Source of the DNA: Candidatus Enterousia sp.
Lineage (GTDB): Bacteria > Pseudomonadota > Alphaproteobacteria > Rs-D84
Length of the DNA stretch: 64,000 nucleotides
Assembly (NCBI GenBank): GCA_045649345.1
Contig: JAZRPS010000017.1
Span: 7,658-71,657 of the forward strand
Direction of reading: 5' to 3'
Below the pieces are notes generated by a model. The model saw only the letters and a list, made by a program, of their open reading frames with translations, did no database searches and was not told where the DNA came from. Below are positions 56,028 through 64,000 of the stretch, in pieces. Numbering within the stretch: position 1 is the first letter of the stretch; each line of letters begins with the position of its first letter. A program made the position numbers and the translations under genes.

Positions 56028-56630
56028 CTAGGCATCTTTTCGCATGCCGGTTTTTTTATCAATCCAGACCTGTTCGTCGGCGATTTCCATCATTGGCATG
56101 TCTGATTTACTGTCTGAATATGCGCGGACAACATGTGGGATTATTTTGTTTTGTTTCGCCCATTCGTCCATAACATTTACCTTGTTTTTACCCCAGCACA
56201 AGAATTCATATTTCCATGGTTTTTTGCGATTCATGCGCGAACAAAATACCGCATCAAATTTCATATCACGAACCAAATGTGGCAACAGATAATCTGCACA
56301 TGCAGAAACCATTATCACACGGCGACCGGCATCACGTTCCGCGGCGACACGTTCACGCGCCCAGCCAAAACGTTCACGTTTGTGTTGCTTAATAAACGCA
56401 GGCGCAAATTTTTTTACCATTTCCGGCGTTGTAAAGCGACGAATATTTTCGCGCCACCAGATACCGTCTGGTTTAACCCAGCGACAAACACCACAAATCG
56501 CCATCAATGGCAAGAATAACCATGGGCGCAGACTGTGTCGGAAACAGTATTTTGCAAATTCAACATTTGAATCGCGCGCGGACAATGTGCCATCAAAATC
56601 AAATAAAACAACATCTGTCTTTTTTAACAT
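56028..56630 (-). CDS. HAD-IB family hydrolase
   Basis: 'VVLFDFDGTLS' motif I and 'YSDSKSDMPMM' motif IV-like. Confidence 0.7.
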   Translation of the reverse strand: MLKKTDVVLFDFDGTLSARDSNVEFAKYCFRHSLRPWLFLPLMAICGVCRWVKPDGIWWRENIRRFTTPEMVKKFAPAFIKQHKRERFGWARERVAAERDAGRRVIMVSACADYLLPHLVRDMKFDAVFCSRMNRKKPWKYEFLCWGKNKVNVMDEWAKQNKIIPHVVRAYSDSKSDMPMMEIADEQVWIDKKTGMRKDA

Positions 56631-56734
56631 TTACATACCTTTTGTTATCTGTGTGGGCGGATTATAACAACATTTTTATTGTATCGCAAATTTTATATCG
56701 CTATACTTACAAACAACAAGGACAGGAATGCGAT

Positions 56735-57691
56735 ATGAAAAAGATTTTAACATCAGTTTTTATTTTAGCATGTTGTATGGGTGATAGTTTTGGGGCGAAC
56801 TATTGTTATCCGCAAGATATTGCCGATCTACGAAACAGCTATAGCGGCTGGACTTTTTGGATTTCTAGCAATTGCGAAAGAAATAATAATACAACTTCTG
56901 CATGCTATAATAACGAATGTTCCTCCTCAAAACAAGGTAGCGTCGACGAACCGTGTAGTAATGCGCCTGCACTCACAGCAAGAAAAAACTATTTATTTGA
57001 TACAACAACACAAAATTTAGACGAAGCTAATAAAAAAATAGACGTAAGTTGTGCATGCGCTCTAAATACAACCAACTATCTGTGTTCAGCAGGTTATTAT
57101 CGAGCTGGCGACAGCATTAAATATACATCTGATACAACGAAAAATTGTTCTACGTATAGTTCAGGCTGTGAAAAATGTCCAGACGAAAGTATGATTTCTG
57201 CTGTCGGGTCAACCGATATCAGTGCTTGTAAATGCCCAGAAAAGACATATAGGAGTACAAACGACAAAGGCAATTATATATGTAATACTTGTCCGAATGG
57301 ATCGAATACGACAGTAACTGGCGCAACAAAATTAAACGACTGCAAATGTCCTGCGGATCAGTATATGGGCAAGGACAACAATGGTAAAGATGCGTGCCTA
57401 TCCTGTCCGACAGATACAACGTCCGCGGTTGGTTCTGATGATATAGATGACTGCAAATGCCCACAAGGTTTTTATATGAAAGCAGATAAAAAAGGCTGTG
57501 CACCTTGCCCCGAATATATAAATACAAAAGATCCTGGATATGACAAAGACGATCCAGACTCAGCTAAGGCCAATACCACAACCACATCTTATGGTGCGAA
57601 ATCGATACAAGAATGTTTTATACCACAAGGTACCGAATTCTGTGATGAAAAGGGTTGTGGTACGTACACCGATAATGCCGGTCACAACTAA
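56735..57691 (+). CDS. Secreted cysteine-rich repeat protein (eukaryote-like GCC2_GCC3/furin-like CxCP repeats)
   Basis: Signal peptide 'MKKILTSVFILACCMGDSFGA'. Seven CxCP motifs (CEKCP, CKCP x3, CNTCP, CLSCP, CAPCP) at regular spacing. Confidence 0.62.
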   Translation: MKKILTSVFILACCMGDSFGANYCYPQDIADLRNSYSGWTFWISSNCERNNNTTSACYNNECSSSKQGSVDEPCSNAPALTARKNYLFDTTTQNLDEANKKIDVSCACALNTTNYLCSAGYYRAGDSIKYTSDTTKNCSTYSSGCEKCPDESMISAVGSTDISACKCPEKTYRSTNDKGNYICNTCPNGSNTTVTGATKLNDCKCPADQYMGKDNNGKDACLSCPTDTTSAVGSDDIDDCKCPQGFYMKADKKGCAPCPEYINTKDPGYDKDDPDSAKANTTTTSYGAKSIQECFIPQGTEFCDEKGCGTYTDNAGHN

Positions 57692-57700
57692 ATAAACAAT

Positions 57701-57732
57701 AAAAACACCACCCGTTATGGGTGGTGTTTTAT
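57701..57732. terminator. Bidirectional terminator
   Basis: acaccacccgttatgggtggtgt followed by tttt. Confidence 0.7.
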
Positions 57733-57743
57733 TACCCAGGAAT

Positions 57744-60700
57744 TTATTTCCCTGATTTTTTGGTAAATCGACGACGCAGATTTTCAATACCAAAGAATAA
57801 TGCAGGTGTCAGGGTAAATGTCCAGAAAAGACTTGCCAACATACCACCAATCATAACCGCACCCATTGATACCTTCATCCCGTCAACAGACCATAATTGC
57901 GGTACCATACCGGCAACAACCGCAATGGACGTCATCAAAACCATGTTCTTTTTATCCAGCAATTCTGCCCACAATGCATCATATGGACGTTCACCGGCGT
58001 TAACACGGTTAATTGTTGGTTCCAATACCAAAATGTTATTATTAACCACCAAACCAACCAACATAACGAATGCCAACATACCACCAACGTTAATGGACGC
58101 GCCCGACAAAAACAACATTATGAACACGCCGGCAAAACTGGTTAAAATAGATGTGGCAATCGTAAATGGATGCGCCAATGAATTCAATATCGCCGCCAAC
58201 AACATAAATGTTAATATTGTCGCCAACAAGAACGCAGAACCAATTTCAGTCGTCGTTTCGCCTTGAATTTCAGACATACCACCAAATTCGGCACCATAAC
58301 CGTATTGCCATTCCATATTATCCAGCGCAGATTGGATTTTTGCCTGGACCGGACCCATTGTGGATTTGCCAATATTGATATCAATTTCGGTGATACGGTT
58401 TTTATCAACACGAATGATATCAGGCGTCGCAGGCGCGGTCTTTACCGTTCCCAAGGATGATAATGGCACCATACCCTTTTGCGAATTTACGTATACATTG
58501 TCAAACAAAGACGAATTTTTAAACGGACGCGCAAATTCCAAAACGATTGGATATTCTTCGCCCTTTTCTTTGTAATTATAGTCGTCGTTGCCGTACAATG
58601 CAGCACGCAATGTCGCACCGGCATAACTGTTTTGAACGCCCCAGAAACTCATTTTCCCATCGTCTGGAATAAACTGTGTTTCGTCTGCTGGTTTTTGCTG
58701 GGCGCGAACCGCAGACTGAATTTCTGGCATTTGATTCAGCATTTCAATTACCTGGGTCGCATATTGTTCGCGCAATGCGTCATCTTCGCCCAAGATATTT
58801 AATACCAAGTCAGATGTCGATGACGACGTCACCTGGCCTGCCTTTATTTGAATTTCGACGTCCGGGATTGCCGCCAGTTTTGGCAACATTTCACGTGATA
58901 TTTCCTTGTCGGACATTCTGCGTTCGGATACGTCAACCAAGCCAACCTTTACGTCGATATTCTGTAAACCTTGGTCGCCGATTTTTACCGTCGTGTATTC
59001 AACGTCGTCAAAGTCCTGTAAGACACGTTCAATCTGTTGCGCAATTTGTTCAGACTTTTCATATGTCGAACCCATTGGTGCACGTGCAGTGATTGTGATT
59101 TCGTTTGCGTCAGATGATGGCTGGAATTCATTTCCAACAAAACGCATCAACATAGATGACGCAATCAAAACACCAATGCCAGCCAAAACAACGCGACCTG
59201 GATGACGGAACTGAACATCATACCATTTACGCAAATTCGGCATCGCAACGGATTTAACCGCATTCTTTACACGCTTGTCCTGTTCTGGTTTCTTGTTGCC
59301 CGACGACAGACGCAAGAACTTTGCAATCATCATAGGCGTCAATGTGAACGAGAACATTAATGACAGCAATGTCAGATACACAACCGTCATACCAAACTGA
59401 ACCATAAACTGACCCACGATACCGCCCATAAACGCCAGCGGCAAGAACACTACAACGTTTGTGCCAACACCCGCCAAAACAGATACGGCAACTTTCTTGG
59501 TTCCGTCAATCGCAGCATCTTCGGCATTTTTGCCGGCGCGCATTTCTTGCAAGGCTGCCTCTATCAAAATAATTGCGTTCGACACCAATGTACCCAAGGC
59601 AGATGAATACGCCAACAGCGTCATGGCATTAATACTGAATCCGTTGCCGTCTATAAAGAAGAACCCGGCAATCAATGATGCAGGAATTACAACGCCTGCA
59701 ATAATGGTTGAGCGCCAGTTGTTCGTAAACGCCAACAATACCAATACCGTCAGAATAATACCCAAGATAATACCGTTGATTGTACTGTCTGTTTCATCAG
59801 ATACCGCAGTTGATGAATCATATACAATCTGCATGTCGCCAGATTCAAAGCGCGATTTTAAATCATCCTGAAATTCTGGCAATTTTTTATGCAGTTGTTT
59901 CGAAATCTTTATCGAATTACCGTCTGATGATTTTACCACAGATGCAATTACAACAGGTTCACCGTTATAACGCGCACCGGTTTCAATATCACGCGCTGCA
60001 TCGCGTATGGTCGCAACATCTGATAATTTGAAACGATTGCCTTCGACCGTTGTAATTTGCAGGTTTGCAATTTCATCAATCGATGCAAATTCACCAACAA
60101 AACGAACGTTTGTGGAATCTGTACCGATTTCTATCTTGCCCCCGGGTACATTTAAATTGCGCGCCCCCAGTGCAGATATTATATCCATAATTGTCACACC
60201 GCCCGCAGACATCAAGTCTGGATTCATTTCAATACGTATCGCGCGTTCCAAACCACCAAAGACAGAAACACTAGCAACACCATCAATCGCAGTAATTTTG
60301 TTCGATAAAATATCATCAACGTATTCCTGTAATTCACGAGCATCAACACCACTTAACGCGATATCAACCACTGATTCTTGCAACGGATCCAGTTTTTCAA
60401 CCACAGGCTGTTCCATGTCAGATGGAAATTCAGAAGCAAGCGCGTCGATTTTTGTCTTTACCTCTGATGCTTTGTCATTAACATTTACACCCAGATTAAA
60501 TTCAGCCATAACAAATGCACTGTTTTCATAGGCGTTTGACGTAATCTTCTTTAAACCAGCAACCTGGGAAATTGCATCTTCGGCCTTTTTAACAATTTGC
60601 GATTCCATTTCTTCGGGGGATGCGCCCGGATAAATAAACGTCGCCGTAATCAACGGAAAGTCCATTGGTGGGGTACGTTCAATATTCATCTTTGGAAATG

Positions 60701-60776
60701 ATACCAGCCCCAACACAACCCAAACCAAAACAAACATTAATGTGGTAATTGGTCGACGTACAAAAAACTTTAACAT
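57744..60776 (-). CDS. RND efflux transporter (AcrB/AcrD/AcrF family)
   Basis: About 1010 aa, 12-TM RND architecture. Starts 'MLKFFVRRPITTLMFVL' with SD agggggg. Confidence 0.9.
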   Translation of the reverse strand: MLKFFVRRPITTLMFVLVWVVLGLVSFPKMNIERTPPMDFPLITATFIYPGASPEEMESQIVKKAEDAISQVAGLKKITSNAYENSAFVMAEFNLGVNVNDKASEVKTKIDALASEFPSDMEQPVVEKLDPLQESVVDIALSGVDARELQEYVDDILSNKITAIDGVASVSVFGGLERAIRIEMNPDLMSAGGVTIMDIISALGARNLNVPGGKIEIGTDSTNVRFVGEFASIDEIANLQITTVEGNRFKLSDVATIRDAARDIETGARYNGEPVVIASVVKSSDGNSIKISKQLHKKLPEFQDDLKSRFESGDMQIVYDSSTAVSDETDSTINGIILGIILTVLVLLAFTNNWRSTIIAGVVIPASLIAGFFFIDGNGFSINAMTLLAYSSALGTLVSNAIILIEAALQEMRAGKNAEDAAIDGTKKVAVSVLAGVGTNVVVFLPLAFMGGIVGQFMVQFGMTVVYLTLLSLMFSFTLTPMMIAKFLRLSSGNKKPEQDKRVKNAVKSVAMPNLRKWYDVQFRHPGRVVLAGIGVLIASSMLMRFVGNEFQPSSDANEITITARAPMGSTYEKSEQIAQQIERVLQDFDDVEYTTVKIGDQGLQNIDVKVGLVDVSERRMSDKEISREMLPKLAAIPDVEIQIKAGQVTSSSTSDLVLNILGEDDALREQYATQVIEMLNQMPEIQSAVRAQQKPADETQFIPDDGKMSFWGVQNSYAGATLRAALYGNDDYNYKEKGEEYPIVLEFARPFKNSSLFDNVYVNSQKGMVPLSSLGTVKTAPATPDIIRVDKNRITEIDINIGKSTMGPVQAKIQSALDNMEWQYGYGAEFGGMSEIQGETTTEIGSAFLLATILTFMLLAAILNSLAHPFTIATSILTSFAGVFIMLFLSGASINVGGMLAFVMLVGLVVNNNILVLEPTINRVNAGERPYDALWAELLDKKNMVLMTSIAVVAGMVPQLWSVDGMKVSMGAVMIGGMLASLFWTFTLTPALFFGIENLRRRFTKKSGK

Positions 60777-60795
60777 AATATAATCCCCCCCTGCT

Positions 60796-61398
60796 TTATT
60801 CTGCAATCTTGACCTTGGTTCCGGCATCGACATGTGACAAAATCACAATATCGCCGTCATTTAAGCCAGATGTTATGTATGCGTTTTGTGAATCTTGACG
60901 CGAAACAGTGACCGAACGACGTGTCGCGATACCATTATCGATAACAAGAACTGTGTTGTCATTGCCAACCGCATATGTTGGCACAAAATAACCGTTGCCA
61001 GCAAATTCTGCATAGTGCAAACCATCAGATACACCACGCGTCTGAACAACGTACATGCCTGTATCTAAATCAACACCAGACGACACAGACACAATTACAC
61101 CATCGTCAACAGATTGCCCTGCGCGCAATTTTTTTGCATTCGCCGCAGATACGTATGCACGATTGTTTCGAACCGCAATCGGTTCACGCACAACATCGCG
61201 TACCTTGGCGACATTGATGACCGATACAGGAACACCAGAATCCGCCGCGACACGCGTCGCATTGTATACATTTCTGGAATTTTCAGATGCGATTGCATAA
61301 AAACGATACCCAACCCAGAAAACCAACACAATTGCCAAGACAATATACGTCCACTTTTTAAATTTTTCCGATGCGAATTTGCTTTTTATTTTTTCCAT
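60796..61398 (-). CDS. Minimal periplasmic adaptor (MFP-like, 200 aa)
   Basis: N-terminal TM, then beta-rich segments. C-terminus 'AYITSGLNDGDIVILSHVDAGTKVKI' is typical of MFP membrane-proximal domains. There is no room for a lipoyl domain or alpha-hairpin. Confidence 0.55.
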   Translation of the reverse strand: MEKIKSKFASEKFKKWTYIVLAIVLVFWVGYRFYAIASENSRNVYNATRVAADSGVPVSVINVAKVRDVVREPIAVRNNRAYVSAANAKKLRAGQSVDDGVIVSVSSGVDLDTGMYVVQTRGVSDGLHYAEFAGNGYFVPTYAVGNDNTVLVIDNGIATRRSVTVSRQDSQNAYITSGLNDGDIVILSHVDAGTKVKIAE

Positions 61399-61401
61399 TT
61401 T

Positions 61402-62733
61402 TTATTCACCCAACTTTTTTATAGATTCAACAGACATTAACAATTGATATTTCATCTTTAACAAAGACATATCTAATTGATACAAACCGGTCGCAACATC
61501 CGCCAATTCAACTGCGGACGTTTGACCCGACGCAAAACGATTCTGGGACAATGTATATGTCTTGGACGCCAAATCGCGCGCCTGTTTTAATGACGATAAA
61601 TTATCACGCATAATATTATATTGCTTAATCGCGTTGTCATATTGTTCGGTGGTCACTTTTTTAGATTGCGCCAAATCTTCGCGCGCGGCGGCGGCATTCA
61701 TCGCCTCTGCTGTGGCGTTGGCACGGTTTAAACCACCACTGAAAATCGGCACCTGTAATGCCAACCCCCAATACGCGGACTGATTGCCACTTTTATCAAA
61801 CATATGACCAACATCACCAGACATGCCCATATAACTATACGATGCCATCGCAGCCAATGTTGGGTATGAATCTGCACGCTTGGACCGTGCCAAGTTTTCA
61901 TACATGCGAATTTGTTCGTCCAAGATTTCCCACTGGGGGGTGGTCTTTAATTCACCGACGTTTAGCGCGCCAAATTCTGTTGGAAAATCGTCAGTCAAAA
62001 CCAATTCTTCATTCATATCAATACCAGCCATAATTTTTAACATTCTGTGGGCAGTATCACGATTGAATTTGTTGTATTTAACATCGATTTCCTTGGTTAT
62101 TATATCAGATTCTATCTTTAACAGATTGCTGCGATTTGCGCGACCCGCCGCCGTCAATTTCTGCTTTGCGGTACGTGCATTTGCCAAATCTTGTTCAGAC
62201 AATTTTACAATTTCTTCGGTCATTTTTGCCGTCCAATACAAATCAGCCGCAGAATAGCGAACAGAACGCAACGTCATTTCGCGAGATGCCTGAGACATTT
62301 TGATTGCAGACTTTACACTTTTTACCGCATTGCCAATTTTACCAAAGGTATAAATAGGCTGTGTTAATTCAAGCCCCGCAGAAAAAATATTGTCTGGGAT
62401 TTCGATACTATCAACCTCTACCCCCAGGGAATCCGCCAAAATACCACCCAATTCTGCCGGCAATTCAACGCCCATAGATTCTGTTGGATTCTTTACATTA
62501 ACCAGGTTCATATAACTGGCGTTTGCGGTCAAATTAAACCAACGATTTGCATTGGTTGCATCTAATGATGCCTCTGCCTTTTTAACGTTCGCCTCTGCCT
62601 TTTTTAGGTCATGCGATTCCGCGACAATCTTGTCCACAGCATCATTTAATGACAAATTCAACGCAAACGAAGGCGTCACACAAACGCCGGCAATTATCGC
62701 CGACACAACAGATACCAATCTTGATTTAGGCAT
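61402..62733 (-). CDS. tolC: TolC-family outer membrane efflux protein
   Basis: Signal peptide and two OEP repeats (e.g. 'ADLYWTAKMTEE', 'LLKMKYQLLMS'). Confidence 0.85.
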   Translation of the reverse strand: MPKSRLVSVVSAIIAGVCVTPSFALNLSLNDAVDKIVAESHDLKKAEANVKKAEASLDATNANRWFNLTANASYMNLVNVKNPTESMGVELPAELGGILADSLGVEVDSIEIPDNIFSAGLELTQPIYTFGKIGNAVKSVKSAIKMSQASREMTLRSVRYSAADLYWTAKMTEEIVKLSEQDLANARTAKQKLTAAGRANRSNLLKIESDIITKEIDVKYNKFNRDTAHRMLKIMAGIDMNEELVLTDDFPTEFGALNVGELKTTPQWEILDEQIRMYENLARSKRADSYPTLAAMASYSYMGMSGDVGHMFDKSGNQSAYWGLALQVPIFSGGLNRANATAEAMNAAAAREDLAQSKKVTTEQYDNAIKQYNIMRDNLSSLKQARDLASKTYTLSQNRFASGQTSAVELADVATGLYQLDMSLLKMKYQLLMSVESIKKLGE

Positions 62734-63175
62734 TATCTAACTCCACATTCTTTAAAACTTCGTTAATTGTACGCAATGAATCGGTCATACGCAACATGTC
62801 TGTATCAGACAAATTCGCAAACATCTGTTCCACACTGGCACGAAATATATTCATTGCCTGAATTGCGCACTGGGCGCCTGCCGGCGTCACAGAATACCAC
62901 GTGTTGCGACGATCATCTTCGTCAATAACACGCAAAACCAGACCATCGCGTTCCAATTTTCTGAACACAGAACACAAATTTGGCGCAGACACATGTTCGC
63001 GACGCGCAATATCTTTCAGACGCGCACGACCACCCTGGTGCAGACGCACTAAAATCGCCATTTGTTGGCGTGGATACCCTGTACTTTCTGCCGGTTTTAG
63101 GCGCAATTTGTCTGCCAATTTGTCAATTGTCCAAATGTTAGATTCCAACAGTCTAACAATTTCCTTGCACGACAT
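62726..63175 (-). CDS. MarR-family transcriptional regulator
   Basis: wHTH 'LKDIARREHVSAPNLCSVFRKLERDGLVLRVIDEDDRRN'. ATG at 63175 with SD aggag. Confidence 0.8.
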   Translation of the reverse strand: MSCKEIVRLLESNIWTIDKLADKLRLKPAESTGYPRQQMAILVRLHQGGRARLKDIARREHVSAPNLCSVFRKLERDGLVLRVIDEDDRRNTWYSVTPAGAQCAIQAMNIFRASVEQMFANLSDTDMLRMTDSLRTINEVLKNVELDNA

Positions 63176-63296
63176 GCAAATCTCCTGTATTATATGATTG
63201 ATGTTTATAATCATTAAAAATGATAACCATTATACTTAAAAAATATTTTCATTACAAGCACTTTTTGTCCTTTTGTCTTGCCTAATGTACAAAAAC

Positions 63297-63324
63297 TTGA
63301 CTTTTGTCAATTATGTATTATAAT
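63297..63324 (+). promoter_or_regulatory. Promoter TTGACT-N16-TATAAT overlapping palindrome TTGAC-tttt-GTCAA (candidate MarR operator)
   Basis: Located in the divergent spacer between marR and the lipoprotein gene. Confidence 0.4.
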
Positions 63325-63367
63325 AAGTGATGAATTTAATATACTTATCGGAACAAGGAGCAGACAC

Positions 63368-64000
63368 ATGAATAAAATTATGACAAACATCAAATCATCT
63401 GCACTATGGTCAATCATGGCACTTTGCGCATTGGTATCATGCAAATCAGCAGACGATAAAATCCGCGAAAAAAACGCAGAAATCAAGAATATTGAATATC
63501 AAATAAACAGTATTGAATTACAAAAAATTACACTGACACTGGATTCAATCAGAAACAACGATTCTATACAAAATTTCAATACAGATTCTTTGCGCATGGT
63601 AAATGACTCTATATTTAACAAAGCGATTGAAGAATATTACGCACGACTGGAAAAAGAAAATAATTTAAAGAAATTCTTTACACCAAACCAGGTCGAAGAA
63701 ATCAGAAAAACATTGATACACGCAGTAAAAACTAGTCAAATTCGCCAAATAAATGAAGACGAATATAACGCAGCAAGACGTATTATCGCAGGCATTGGGT
63801 CAATCTATGACTTTCATTGCAGAATCAACCCTGCCATCATTGTTGCGAACAAAGATTTGGCCAATGAAATCGGAACAGAAATCGATCCTGCAACAAACAG
63901 CTTAATTTATCATATTTTAAGCCAACAGTATCGTGTTGACGCAGCCATGGCTAAACGCGATTTGACAACAGCTGGGGGTCAAGCAAAACAAATCGACACA
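63368..64000 (+). CDS. Putative lipoprotein (partial, runs off the window)
   Basis: SD aaggag. 'MNKIMTNIKSSALWSIMALCALVSC' with a lipobox-like LVSC. The frame stays open to the end of the window. Confidence 0.55.
   Translation, partial: MNKIMTNIKSSALWSIMALCALVSCKSADDKIREKNAEIKNIEYQINSIELQKITLTLDSIRNNDSIQNFNTDSLRMVNDSIFNKAIEEYYARLEKENNLKKFFTPNQVEEIRKTLIHAVKTSQIRQINEDEYNAARRIIAGIGSIYDFHCRINPAIIVANKDLANEIGTEIDPATNSLIYHILSQQYRVDAAMAKRDLTTAGGQAKQIDT

Noticed and set aside
1-64000. Search for CRISPR arrays, rRNA genes, IS elements/transposases, integrases, prophage structural genes and toxin-antitoxin pairs.
   Set aside because: None were recognisable by eye on either strand. The att-like scars at tRNA-Asn and tRNA-Trp have no associated recombinase in this window.

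Overview
AT-rich, densely coding chromosome segment from a Gram-negative bacterium (TolC, beta-barrel OMP, LspA, YidC and MltB are present). Gene order and protein signatures look alphaproteobacterial or intracellular-symbiont-like, but the taxon cannot be fixed from this window. Conserved backbone: tRNA-Trp-secE-nusG-rplKAJL-rpoBC (minus strand), rpmF-plsX, ldh, yidC-lspA, kefB-rsmA-recR-dac(SPOR), comEC, def-fmt-truA, rmuC, hemW, an M13 peptidase, olsB-olsA, three aaRS genes (tyrS, proS, alpha2-type glyQS), an orphan mraZ, and a marR-tolC-adaptor-RND efflux operon. Some proteins are short relative to E. coli homologs (Fmt 268 aa, RmuC 294 aa), which fits a reduced genome. Accessory content: (1) a tRNA-Asn 3'-half remnant with ~163-bp direct repeats bracketing tyrS, followed by a Nudix-rich islet and a compact divergent MetK-like gene with a structured leader; (2) an AT-rich glycosyltransferase islet with a PraR-like regulator; (3) an insulated two-gene cassette encoding a methyltransferase with a very basic tail; (4) a stand-alone virB8-virB9-virB10 operon in which VirB9 carries a C-terminal SPOR domain and VirB10 carries an N-terminal Ig-like module and a 220-aa cysteine-rich C-terminal extension; (5) a secreted protein with eukaryote-like CxCP cysteine repeats; (6) two paralogous CxxC mini-proteins inside the def-fmt-truA operon. 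No rRNA, CRISPR array, transposase or integrase was seen. The VirB8/9/10 module with its domain accretions is my best candidate for an undescribed system. All domain calls come from motif recognition by eye and need HMM or structure confirmation.
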